From positions 51,179 to 115,178 of the forward strand of contig JAGXOA010000204.1 in assembly GCA_019894715.1 (NCBI GenBank): DNA of 64,000 nt, given 5' to 3'. The notes under the pieces are model-generated. The model saw only the letters and a program-made list of their open reading frames with translations. It did no database searches and was not told the DNA's origin. Position numbers and translations under genes: made by a program. Origin of the DNA: Promethearchaeota archaeon (GTDB taxonomy: Archaea; Asgardarchaeota; Lokiarchaeia; Sigyniarchaeales; SOKP01). Shown in pieces: positions 36,840 to 45,747 of this stretch; within the stretch, counting starts at the first letter, position 1; every line of letters starts with the position of its first letter.

Positions 36840-37736
36840 CTATTTTATCACATAATTTAATTTTTTCTTTTCTTCTATATCGAGATTTAATTCATTTCGT
36901 ATTACATTGCGTATAATATATCCACCAATATGAAGTATTGAATCTTTTAAAATATTATCCGCATCCATACTTGCATTACATGGATAAGAGTGATGTGATT
37001 TACTTATTTTTTCATTTATAGATGTATCACTATTCTTATGCTTCTCAAAATATTTACTTTTTAACTGTTGTAATATAAAATAAGTGGATCCACAAGGAGC
37101 ACTGACTAAAACACATACATCTTCAATATAATTCCCCTTTTTGTTGATTTTTAACGAAATTTTTGGTTTCCCTATCTTAAAATAGTCAATAAACTTATCG
37201 ATATAATGATGATTTTTTGTGATATTGAAATTGATTTTATTATATTCATCTTCTTCTTTATTTAGAGCACAAAAAGGTTTTGGAAAAGCTACTTGAATTC
37301 CTACCTTTTCAAAAGCTTCTAATACTTGTACTTGTAATCCAGGAGGTACCCATTTTGGATCCTCAATAGGAATAATTACAGCTTTTATATTTTTATCCCT
37401 CAGATATTCAGGTAAACCTGATAGTAAATCTTGATGTATATTTATAACTAATAAATATTCTAATAATGGAAAATTTTGAGGAAGAAAATCTTTTGGATCA
37501 TCAATAAATTGAGAAAGATTATCTCCAATTTTTTTATAATAATAAATATTACTTGAATAACTTTTCAATTCTTGTCTACATTTATCGCATTTAATCTTCT
37601 GTTCCAAGTCTTCACATGCGGCACAAAAATCATCATTATTTATAAGATGACCTACAAATTTCTCTGTAAATGTTTTAGCATCTGGAGTGGAACCATATAT
37701 GATTCCTAATCTAATGTTTTCATTCCCATAACTCAT
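36840..37736 (-). CDS. Cys-rich conserved hypothetical protein (possibly DUF166-like)
   Basis: 298-aa intact ORF with CAACEDL...CDKC and later Cys residues (VCVLVSAPCGS, YPCNAS). The family call is tentative. Confidence 0.4.
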   Translation of the reverse strand: MSYGNENIRLGIIYGSTPDAKTFTEKFVGHLINNDDFCAACEDLEQKIKCDKCRQELKSYSSNIYYYKKIGDNLSQFIDDPKDFLPQNFPLLEYLLVINIHQDLLSGLPEYLRDKNIKAVIIPIEDPKWVPPGLQVQVLEAFEKVGIQVAFPKPFCALNKEEDEYNKINFNITKNHHYIDKFIDYFKIGKPKISLKINKKGNYIEDVCVLVSAPCGSTYFILQQLKSKYFEKHKNSDTSINEKISKSHHSYPCNASMDADNILKDSILHIGGYIIRNVIRNELNLDIEEKKKLNYVIK

Positions 37737-37918
37737 TTTATTATATTTTATAAGGTTAATTAAGATTATATTTATTTTTATAATATTTCATAAAGATATT
37801 ATTTCTTTATGTGAACATGTTCTTAATAATTATTAATATAAAAAAGAAAATTTTTCAATTTTAATTTCTTTTTTTTAGATATATTCGAAATTTATTTTCA
37901 AATAATTAAAAAGATCTC

Positions 37919-38761
37919 ATGAAAATGAATGAACAAATTCCTATTTTATCTGAAATCTTAGATAATTTAACGTTTATATTTGATAATCCTGAAGTAACAT
38001 ATTCCTTAATACCAATAAAAAGCCATAAGAATCCAATATATGAATTAACTCTAACAAATCAAACTAAAAATACTTCTGAGGTTTATATTATAAAGAGACT
38101 TCAAATAGAATCTGCTAATATTGAATATAATTCAATTAAACTTCTAAAGAAACAAAATATGAATGTTCCATCGGTTTTATTATATAAAAATCCATTTATA
38201 ATTCAAGAAAAAATAATAGGGACAGATCTATGTGATTATATTAATGAGAATCTTATTGGAAAAAAAGATCTCTCAGAAGTTCCCAATGAAATTAAGGATA
38301 ATCTCTATAATGCCATAAAACTTCTAGCTAAATGGTTAGCCAAATTTCATAAAAATAATATAATTCCTAAGGATGACGAAGGTAAAATAATCGTATTAAA
38401 TAAAGGAGATGCTCGCTTAAAGAATTTTATTATTAACACTTCAAATGATAAACTATATGGAATAGATTTTGAAGAATCACATGAAGGTAATTATATAGAA
38501 GATATTTCATGGGTTTGTTGCTCTTTAATTGATACTAATCCAGGTATATTTGAGATGGAAGAACCATTACATAAAATAGAATTATTAAACTTATTTTTAA
38601 GAGAGTATTTTACTCTAAATCATGACTTTAAGTTTTCATTTAGTGACTTTACTAGATCTTTGATTGAAAACTTAAATAAAGTAATTATACGAAGGGAGCT
38701 AAATTTTGGTTTATTGAATAAAAATACCTTCCTTAGTAAAATAATAAAAGAAATAGATTGA
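37919..38761 (+). CDS. Protein-kinase-fold phosphotransferase (APH/choline-kinase/Kdo-kinase-like)
   Basis: 280 aa. EVYIIKRL (candidate ATP-binding Lys), catalytic-loop-like GDARLKNFII and metal-binding LYGIDFEES. Confidence 0.55.
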   Translation: MKMNEQIPILSEILDNLTFIFDNPEVTYSLIPIKSHKNPIYELTLTNQTKNTSEVYIIKRLQIESANIEYNSIKLLKKQNMNVPSVLLYKNPFIIQEKIIGTDLCDYINENLIGKKDLSEVPNEIKDNLYNAIKLLAKWLAKFHKNNIIPKDDEGKIIVLNKGDARLKNFIINTSNDKLYGIDFEESHEGNYIEDISWVCCSLIDTNPGIFEMEEPLHKIELLNLFLREYFTLNHDFKFSFSDFTRSLIENLNKVIIRRELNFGLLNKNTFLSKIIKEID

Positions 38762-38883
38762 ATTTGGGGTTTTTTTTTGAATTTTATAAAAAAAATTTTT
38801 GATTTTAAAGAATAGTTAAAAAGAATTTCTTTTATTAGATATTCATAAAAAATTCTTAAAATAATACAATTAGGATTATAAAA

Positions 38884-39636
38884 ATGAGTGGAATTACAGA
38901 CTCTAAATCTGCTATAAAGAAGATATTAATGCTTATTGATGAAATGAAAAGAATAAATTCAGATTCCATTCCAAAATTAATAGAGCAACCAAATAAATTA
39001 CTTGAATCCGTTGAAGCTTTTGAAATAGAAAAAAATAATAATTTAAAAACAATTGAAACAAATACAGATGAGATCAATGGTCTTAAAACTAAGATTTCAC
39101 AAAATGATAGAGATATTTTAAAATTAGAAGAAGATATCAAGGATCTAAACAGCAAGAAGCAAGATCATTTAGATAAAATACAGGAAGTACAAAATAAACT
39201 TACAGAAGTGCAAGAAACAATTAAGATTAAAAAGGAAGAACTTGAATCCAGGACAAAAAGATTAAAGGAATTGGATAACACAATCTCTAACCTAAAAGTG
39301 GATCAAGAAAAATTCGATGAAAAAATTAATATACTCCAAAAAGAATTGGAAGGAAATTATACAAAAAGAAAATCATTTGTAGATACTTATATGAATCGAG
39401 TTGCTGCTATGAATCTTTTAATTCGAAAAAATTATATACAATCATCTCAAATAAAATTGATAAAAGCACTACAATTAGATACTACACTAGATTTAAAAAG
39501 TGTTCTGATAGCAATTGATATGAGAGAAGATAAAGCAAAGCAAATTCTTAAGAAAATGGTTGAAAATAATGGGCCTATAGAGTATGATGAAGGATCAGGC
39601 ACAGTTACTCTATTAAAAGAGGTGGATTTTAAATGA
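38884..39636 (+). CDS. Coiled-coil protein with C-terminal winged-helix-like domain (partner 1)
   Basis: 250 aa with a long heptad region. The C-terminal ~60 aa IKLIKALQLDTTLDLKSVLIAIDMREDKAKQILKKMVENNGPIEYDEGSGTVTLL has a helix-turn-helix plus beta-wing pattern. Confidence 0.55.
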   Translation: MSGITDSKSAIKKILMLIDEMKRINSDSIPKLIEQPNKLLESVEAFEIEKNNNLKTIETNTDEINGLKTKISQNDRDILKLEEDIKDLNSKKQDHLDKIQEVQNKLTEVQETIKIKKEELESRTKRLKELDNTISNLKVDQEKFDEKINILQKELEGNYTKRKSFVDTYMNRVAAMNLLIRKNYIQSSQIKLIKALQLDTTLDLKSVLIAIDMREDKAKQILKKMVENNGPIEYDEGSGTVTLLKEVDFK

Positions 39637-40370
39637 GTATATCAAAAGAAGTTTTAAGTTTAATTGAACAATTTGAAAATATTTTTGATGCTTATCAGCA
39701 ATCTCTTAAGAAAGATTCAGATGAAATTATTCAAAATCTTAGCTCTATTTGGAAAAATATGAAATCAGAACAAGAAGATACAACAAAATTAGAAGAAATT
39801 ATAAGAAACCAAAATTCAGAATTAACTGAATTAAGAACAAAATCAACAGAATTAGATAAAAAAATAGAAGATTTGAAATCAAATAAAGAAGGACTAAATT
39901 CTAAAATAATTGACTTTGTCTCTACTCTTGAAAGAAATACCACTGAACTGAAAAAACCAGAATTTGAACTTGAGACAATCCTTTCAAATTTAAATTCAAC
40001 TAATGATAAAAATCAAGAAAAAGAAACAGAAAAGACAGAATTAGATCAAAGGAAATTAAGTAATGAACAAAAAGAAAAAGACTTGAAAATTAGTTTTTCT
40101 GAAGAAAAAATGGAAGGTTTAGAAAAACAATTGATAGAAATTCGAGGAAAAAACTTTTTTAGTTCTTTCTTAATTGAACATTCTGATGCAGAAGTACCAG
40201 AAGTAGAGATATTAGCAACAATTATGAATAAGGGAGGGCAAGCAAATCTGGAAGATTTAAAGAAATCTCTTGATATACCTCCAATTATGGCAGTGAGAAC
40301 TATTAAGCAATTAGCAGTAAAGGGTATTATAAATTTGAATGAAGATACCAATGCAATAACTATGAATTAA
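39633..40370 (+). CDS. Coiled-coil protein with C-terminal winged-helix-like domain (partner 2)
   Basis: 245 aa. It overlaps the previous gene by ATGA (39633-39636). Same architecture: VEILATIMNKGGQANLEDLKKSLDIPPIMAVRTIKQLAVKGIINLNEDTNAITM. Confidence 0.55.
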   Translation: MSISKEVLSLIEQFENIFDAYQQSLKKDSDEIIQNLSSIWKNMKSEQEDTTKLEEIIRNQNSELTELRTKSTELDKKIEDLKSNKEGLNSKIIDFVSTLERNTTELKKPEFELETILSNLNSTNDKNQEKETEKTELDQRKLSNEQKEKDLKISFSEEKMEGLEKQLIEIRGKNFFSSFLIEHSDAEVPEVEILATIMNKGGQANLEDLKKSLDIPPIMAVRTIKQLAVKGIINLNEDTNAITMN

Positions 40371-40545
40371 TTAATTTTTTACTTTTTTAATTTTTATTTT
40401 TAGAATCTTTATAAATTTGAATTAGATAGATAAGATTCATTTTTATAGCATTAGATATAATCTTACCGTTATGTACTATGGTACATAACACTTTTAAATA
40501 ATATTTCACTTTGTTAGACATATTCCCTAATATTAATAAGTAATA

Positions 40546-41577
40546 GTGAAAAAAATGTCTGAAAGTGGAATAATAAAAGATTTTATTCAAAACAATAAAA
40601 AATCATTATTTCTTTTAGTAATCATTGTAACAGCAGGATTAACTACTACTTTTATAATTTTAGAACTATTTAGAGCAAAAAATCGTATAATTTTAGCTAC
40701 TACTACGTCAACAAATGATTCAGGATTATTGGATTATATTTTACCAGAATTTATAAAAAACACAAACATAGAAGTCGATGTTTTATCTGTAGGTACAGGA
40801 CAGGCTTTAGAAATAGGTCAGAGAGGAGATGTCGACGTAATATTAGTACATTCAAGGGAACGTGAAGATTTATTTGTAAATAACAGTTATGGAGTTTATA
40901 GAACTTGCGTTATGTATAATGATTTCATTATAATTGGTCCAAGTACCGATCCTGCAGGTATTATGGGAATAGATAATATTAGTACGGTTATGAATAGATT
41001 AAAAGCAGGTGGTATATCAGGAAACATTACCTTCTATTCTAGAGGAGATGGATCAGGAACTCATTCAAAAGAATTATCTTTATGGGATTTAATCAATTTC
41101 ACACCTAGCCATAGTTCAGGATGGTATGTGGAGACGGGTGAGGGAATGGGTACAACATTAACTATAACTAATCAAGATAATGAAAATGAAGGCTATACAT
41201 TAGTAGATCGAGGGACATGGTTATTCACAAAGAATAACCTCAATTACTTAATAGCATTATCTGAAGCGATTGATGAAATACTATTAAATCCTTATGGTGT
41301 AATACCAATAAATCCAATTCTTCATCCCTATGTAAAATATGAATTTGTACTTGAATTTATTGGTTTCTTAGTTTCCCAAGATGGTCAAGATCTGATAAAT
41401 GACTATACAGTCAATGGTGAAAAATTATTTAATGCAAGTTTTGGTTCTTGTAATGAAACATTTAGTTGTGAAACAACAGAAGAAGAAATTAGCTTTTGGT
41501 CTCAATATAATGGAGGTTATCTAGGAGGAACTACATCAACTCTAAACTTCATATATAGAAGATTTGACGCGTTATGA
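40546..41577 (+). CDS. tupA: Tungstate (or molybdate) ABC transporter substrate-binding protein, TupA type
   Basis: 343 aa with an N-terminal TM/signal anchor. ILATTTSTNDSGLLDYILPEF...VDVLSVGTGQALEIGQRGDVDVILVHS...YNDFIIIGPSTDPAG matches the TupA (COG2998) signature. Confidence 0.75.
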   Translation: MKKMSESGIIKDFIQNNKKSLFLLVIIVTAGLTTTFIILELFRAKNRIILATTTSTNDSGLLDYILPEFIKNTNIEVDVLSVGTGQALEIGQRGDVDVILVHSREREDLFVNNSYGVYRTCVMYNDFIIIGPSTDPAGIMGIDNISTVMNRLKAGGISGNITFYSRGDGSGTHSKELSLWDLINFTPSHSSGWYVETGEGMGTTLTITNQDNENEGYTLVDRGTWLFTKNNLNYLIALSEAIDEILLNPYGVIPINPILHPYVKYEFVLEFIGFLVSQDGQDLINDYTVNGEKLFNASFGSCNETFSCETTEEEISFWSQYNGGYLGGTTSTLNFIYRRFDAL

Positions 41578-41599
41578 ATACCTTTAAACACAAATATAA

Positions 41600-42346
41600 T
41601 TGTTTTTTTTTTACTATCGTATAACCTATAAAAATAAAATTGTGAAAAGCTTGGAAAATGAATTTTTAGATGGCATAGTTAGAGCATTTGTTTTATTATT
41701 TACATTTGATGCAGAACTTTGGAATATTATACTTGTGTCTGTTCGAGTTTCAACAACAGCAATATTTATTGCTATTCTTATTGGATTACCTTTAGGCTCA
41801 TATTTAGGACTTAAAAATTTTAAAGGTAAAAAATTTCTCACAAATTTATTGAATACATTTATGGGATTTCCTCCTGTAGTGATGGGATTGATAATTTTCA
41901 TGCTCTTGTCAAGAAGTGGTCCTTTAGGATCTCTTGGCTTATTATATTCAACAACTGCTATGATTCTTGCTCAATTATTATTAGCAATCCCTATTATAAT
42001 TGGAACTACTAAGGCTGCTATTGAAAGTGGAGATCCAAATATAAAAGAGACAATAATTTCGATGGGATCCACAGAAACACAATTATGTTGGGAATTAATA
42101 AAAGATTCAAAAAGATCGATCATTGCTGGGATACTAGTCGCTTTTGGCCAAGCTATTTCCGAAGTAGGAGCAGTAATTATTGTTGGAGGTAATATCAGAT
42201 GGAATACCCGAACTTTTACCACAGCGATCGTATTAAACACACGAATGGGAGAGTTTGGGATGGCAATAGCTTTGGGAGTAATTCTAATTGGAATTACATT
42301 TATATTGAATTATATTCTAACACATATCCAAACTAAACGTGATTAA
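41600..42346 (+). CDS. tupB: Tungstate ABC transporter permease
   Basis: 248 aa, multi-pass, with an ABC permease EAA-like loop (ESGDPNIKETIISMGSTETQLCWELIKDSKRSIIAG). The start may be GTG about 41642. Confidence 0.7.
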   Translation: MFFFYYRITYKNKIVKSLENEFLDGIVRAFVLLFTFDAELWNIILVSVRVSTTAIFIAILIGLPLGSYLGLKNFKGKKFLTNLLNTFMGFPPVVMGLIIFMLLSRSGPLGSLGLLYSTTAMILAQLLLAIPIIIGTTKAAIESGDPNIKETIISMGSTETQLCWELIKDSKRSIIAGILVAFGQAISEVGAVIIVGGNIRWNTRTFTTAIVLNTRMGEFGMAIALGVILIGITFILNYILTHIQTKRD

Positions 42347-43435
42347 ATGAAATTTTTAACTCTTCAAAACATAAAAAAGGATTTTAAACTTAGAGATGGC
42401 TCAATACAGACTATATTACATGATATTAATTTAGATATTAAGGAGGGAGAATGTTTTACTATCATAGGACCTAATGGAAGTGGAAAATCAACTCTTTTAC
42501 GATTGATTGATTTGTTAGAACCATGCACAGAAGGAAAAATTTTTTTCAAAGAAAAAGAAATTTTAAATCTAAAGAAAAAGGAGCAAATAATTATACGCAG
42601 AGAATTATGCTTTGTTCGTCAAAAACCAGTAGTTTTAAATACATCTGTATATAGGAATATAGCATATGGATTAAAAATAAGAGGATTAAGTAAAGAAGAA
42701 ATAGATCAAAAAGTAAACAGAATTATTGATAAAATTGGATTGAATGGTTTAAAAAATAAAAATGCACGATCATTATCTGGCGGAGAGATGCAAAGAGTTG
42801 CTATAGCTATGAATTTTGTGTTAGATTCGGAATTATATTTATTAGATGAGGTTTCTGCTAATTTGGATCCTAAAAATGTAATCCTACTAGAATCATTTAT
42901 AAATGATCTCAGAAAAGAAAAAAAAACAATAATTATGAGTACTCACGATAGAATGGAAGCAATAAAATATTCGGATAGAATTGCTGTATTAAATAATGGC
43001 ACAATCACCCAAATAGGTTCTGTAAATGAGGTTTTTACCTCTCCTAAAGATGAATATACTGCACTTTTTATAGGTTATGAGAATATATTCAAAGGAATTG
43101 CTAAGATTGATAAAGTTTCTGAATTAACAAAAGTCAAAATTGATAATATTATTATAAATGCCTCAATCCAAGCTGAAGGAAATGTAAAGATATGTATTCA
43201 TCCAGAAAGTATTGGTATATCAAAAAATATAGATTCTCAAACAAGTTATCAAAATTTAATTAAGGGAAAAATAAAAAAAATAAGAGACCTTGGAAATACA
43301 TGTCATATTATTGTAAAATGCCTTTCTATTAATTTCTTAGTAACAATTACCAAATTATCAATGAAGAATCTGGATTTAAAACATGAATCTGAAGTTTTTA
43401 TACGATTTAAAGCAACCGATATAATTATAATGTAA
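42347..43435 (+). CDS. tupC: Tungstate ABC transporter ATP-binding protein with C-terminal TOBE-like domain
   Basis: 362 aa. Walker A GPNGSGKST, signature LSGGEMQRVAIA, Walker B LYLLDEVSANLD, and a C-terminal beta-rich extension. Confidence 0.8.
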   Translation: MKFLTLQNIKKDFKLRDGSIQTILHDINLDIKEGECFTIIGPNGSGKSTLLRLIDLLEPCTEGKIFFKEKEILNLKKKEQIIIRRELCFVRQKPVVLNTSVYRNIAYGLKIRGLSKEEIDQKVNRIIDKIGLNGLKNKNARSLSGGEMQRVAIAMNFVLDSELYLLDEVSANLDPKNVILLESFINDLRKEKKTIIMSTHDRMEAIKYSDRIAVLNNGTITQIGSVNEVFTSPKDEYTALFIGYENIFKGIAKIDKVSELTKVKIDNIIINASIQAEGNVKICIHPESIGISKNIDSQTSYQNLIKGKIKKIRDLGNTCHIIVKCLSINFLVTITKLSMKNLDLKHESEVFIRFKATDIIIM

Positions 43436-43570
43436 TTATACATTCTTTCTCTATTCATAATGATTCCATTCCAAAGATTAGCAAAAACTATAAAGAAAAA
43501 TTATATAAAGGATACATATAATTCTTTATTGAATCGATATGTATGACTAAATACTTCGATAGGTCCAATT

Positions 43571-44005
43571 ATGATTGATATTGCAAACAAAAAAGATATT
43601 ACAAGAATAGCCAAAGCATCGGGAAAAATATATTTAAAACAAGAAACTATAAACAAAATTAAGAATAAAGAAGTTAAAAAAGGCGATGTTGAAACAATTG
43701 CAAAAATAGCGGCAATAAATGGAGTAAAGAAAGTCCCAGAGATAATACCGTTATGTCATCCAATTCCTATAATGAAAATTGATATTGAATATAATTATAA
43801 CCAAGATCATTCAATAACAGTATATTGTATTGTTAAGAGCATCGCAAAAACAGGAGTTGAAATGGAAGCTTTAACAGGTGTGAGTTTAGCTCTTCTAAAT
43901 ATTTGGGATTTAGTCAAAATGTATGAGAAAAATGAGGAAGGACAATATCCTTCAACAATTATAAAAGATATAAAGGTAGAGAAGAAAATAAAAGTAAGAG
44001 ATTAA
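43571..44005 (+). CDS. moaC: Cyclic pyranopterin monophosphate synthase MoaC
   Basis: 144 aa. KGDVETIAKIAAINGVKKVPEIIPLCHPIPI and TGVEMEALTGVSLALLNIWDLVK. Confidence 0.9.
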   Translation: MIDIANKKDITRIAKASGKIYLKQETINKIKNKEVKKGDVETIAKIAAINGVKKVPEIIPLCHPIPIMKIDIEYNYNQDHSITVYCIVKSIAKTGVEMEALTGVSLALLNIWDLVKMYEKNEEGQYPSTIIKDIKVEKKIKVRD

Positions 44006-44014
44006 ATCAAAAAA

Positions 44015-44935
44015 ATGATGGATAAAAATAATAGAAAAATAAAACATATTCGATTTTCAATCACCTCTCTATGTAATTGTAAATGTATATATTGTGATAA
44101 AGAGGGTTTTATTCCTAAAACTACTGAATTAACTGTAGATGAAATAATAAAATTATGTAAGATTTTAGCTCAAATTCTAAATGTTACTAGAATTAAATTT
44201 ACAGGAGGAGAACCTTTATGTCGAAAAGAGATTATTTCAATTATTAAGAATGTTTCAGACTTAAAACTTTATAAAGATATTTCTATGACAACTAATGGAT
44301 TACTTTTATACAATAAAGCAGAGGAATTATATAATGCAGGACTTAATAGAATTAATGTTTCCTTAGGAACATTAAATTCACAGAGATATAAGAAAATATA
44401 TAATACTGATTCCCTCAACACAGTTCTTAAAGGTCTTGAAAAATCGAAGGAAGTTGGATTAAATCCAATAAAAATAAACTATGTTATTTTAAAAAATCTA
44501 AATGATGATGAATTTTGGAATATGAGTGATTTTTGCTCCAAAAATGGATATATTTTACAATTAATAGAACTACATAAAGTATCAAAATCTGTTGGGGAAA
44601 ATAATAGTTTCTATCAAAAATATCACTATGATACTGGTCCTCTTATTAGAGAACTTGAGAAGAAAGCAGAGGAAATAATAATTCGAGGAAATATGCAGAA
44701 TAGGAAGACCTTTATTTTCTCTAATGGATCTATTATTGAAACAATTATACCTAATCATGAATCTTGTATGGGATGCACAAAATTAAGAGTAGGATGTGAC
44801 GGAAATTTATTTGGTTGTTTATTCCGCTCAGATCTTGGAAGAAATATTAAAGAAACATTGAAAGATCATCATTCTTTAGAAAAATATGAAGAAATTGTTA
44901 AACAAATAGTACAATCAAGAGAACCATTTTATTAA
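44015..44935 (+). CDS. moaA: GTP 3',8-cyclase MoaA (radical SAM)
   Basis: 306 aa. Radical-SAM cluster CNCKCIYC, then FTGGEPL, TTNG, and a C-terminal second cluster CMGCTKLRVGCDGNLFGCLF. Confidence 0.9.
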   Translation: MMDKNNRKIKHIRFSITSLCNCKCIYCDKEGFIPKTTELTVDEIIKLCKILAQILNVTRIKFTGGEPLCRKEIISIIKNVSDLKLYKDISMTTNGLLLYNKAEELYNAGLNRINVSLGTLNSQRYKKIYNTDSLNTVLKGLEKSKEVGLNPIKINYVILKNLNDDEFWNMSDFCSKNGYILQLIELHKVSKSVGENNSFYQKYHYDTGPLIRELEKKAEEIIIRGNMQNRKTFIFSNGSIIETIIPNHESCMGCTKLRVGCDGNLFGCLFRSDLGRNIKETLKDHHSLEKYEEIVKQIVQSREPFY

Positions 44936-44955
44936 AATTATATAGAAAAAAGTGA

Positions 44956-45237
44956 ATTATTATCGTAGAAGTATTATATTTTGCAGATTTTAAAGATATC
45001 TCAGGTAAAAGTAGAGAATTATTTTTATTAGAAAAAAAAAGTTTAAGAGAATTAATTGATCTTATAATAGGTAAATATCCAAAAATTAAAGATCTAATAT
45101 TAGAAAATAATGATAATAAGATTAAAAATACAATTTCAATAGCAATAAATGATAACATCACAAAAAGTATAGATCTAAATATATCTCTTAATAATGAAGA
45201 TAAGATAGCTTTTTTATTACCATTTTCAGGAGGTTAA
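44956..45237 (+). CDS. moaD: Molybdopterin synthase sulfur-carrier subunit MoaD (ThiS/MoaD fold); not in the ORF track
   Basis: 93-codon open frame between moaA and moaE. It is bounded upstream by TGA 44953-44955 and ends ...DKIAFLLPFSGG*. It reads IIIVEVLYFADFKDISGKSRELFLLEKKSLRELIDLIIGKYPKIKDL..., the MoaD pattern with a C-terminal Gly-Gly. It contains no ATG/GTG/TTG codon at all, so the start is likely ATT 44956/44959 or ATC 44962 (GTGA lies 6 nt upstream of the ATC). Confidence 0.8.
   Translation: MIIVEVLYFADFKDISGKSRELFLLEKKSLRELIDLIIGKYPKIKDLILENNDNKIKNTISIAINDNITKSIDLNISLNNEDKIAFLLPFSGG
45229..45234 (+). promoter_or_regulatory. Shine-Dalgarno site for moaE
   Basis: GGAGGT (the Gly-Gly codons of moaD) lies 7 nt upstream of the TTG 45242 start of moaE. 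Confidence 0.6.
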
Positions 45238-45241
45238 TTAA

Positions 45242-45691
45242 TTGAACGAGAAAATCACATTACAAATAGATTCAGGAATTTATTTGAAAGGAAAAATTAG
45301 ATTTGAAGAAATAATTAACTCAATAAAATCGAATCCTAAGATTGAAGAAGTAGGGTCAATTTTAACCTTTACAGGAATTGTAAGGAAATCTTCAGAAGAT
45401 GGAAGACTTGTTAATGGTCTGATTATTGATTCATATGAAGAACTTGCTAACAAAACGATTGGGAGAATATGTAGCGATATATTAAAAGAAGAAGGAATAA
45501 TTGATCTAAGAATAATACATTTGATTGGAGAATTCTCAATCTCAGAAGATTTGGTATATGTTGTAGTGGCTAGTGCTCATAGAAAAGAAGGATTTCAAGC
45601 GTTAAGTACTGCTGTAGAACGTTATAAAAAAGAATTATCTGTGTGGAAAAAAGAGTTATATCTTGATAGTGAACCAAAATGGATTCATTAA
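45242..45691 (+). CDS. moaE: Molybdopterin synthase catalytic subunit MoaE
   Basis: 149 aa. GSILTFTGIVR, LRIIHLIGEFSISEDLVYVVVASAHRKEGFQALSTAVERYKKELSVWKKE. Confidence 0.85.
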   Translation: MNEKITLQIDSGIYLKGKIRFEEIINSIKSNPKIEEVGSILTFTGIVRKSSEDGRLVNGLIIDSYEELANKTIGRICSDILKEEGIIDLRIIHLIGEFSISEDLVYVVVASAHRKEGFQALSTAVERYKKELSVWKKELYLDSEPKWIH

Positions 45692-45747
45692 AGATTTTTA
45701 GATTCCTATAATTTAGATTATAATAATATAGAAATAAATCGATTTAA

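Noticed and set aside
44898-45161. 87-aa minus-strand ORF between moaA and moaE.
   Set aside because: The plus strand here encodes a textbook MoaD ending in Gly-Gly. The minus-strand product is low-complexity and has no support.
45701-45714. Exact 14-mer gattcctataattt found after moaE (45701-45714) and again after the second moeA (48799-48812), considered as a shared regulatory site or terminator.
   Set aside because: In sequence this AT-rich, exact 14-mers are expected to recur by chance across 64 kb. Spacing to the downstream starts differs (34 vs 114 nt). There is no further supporting symmetry.
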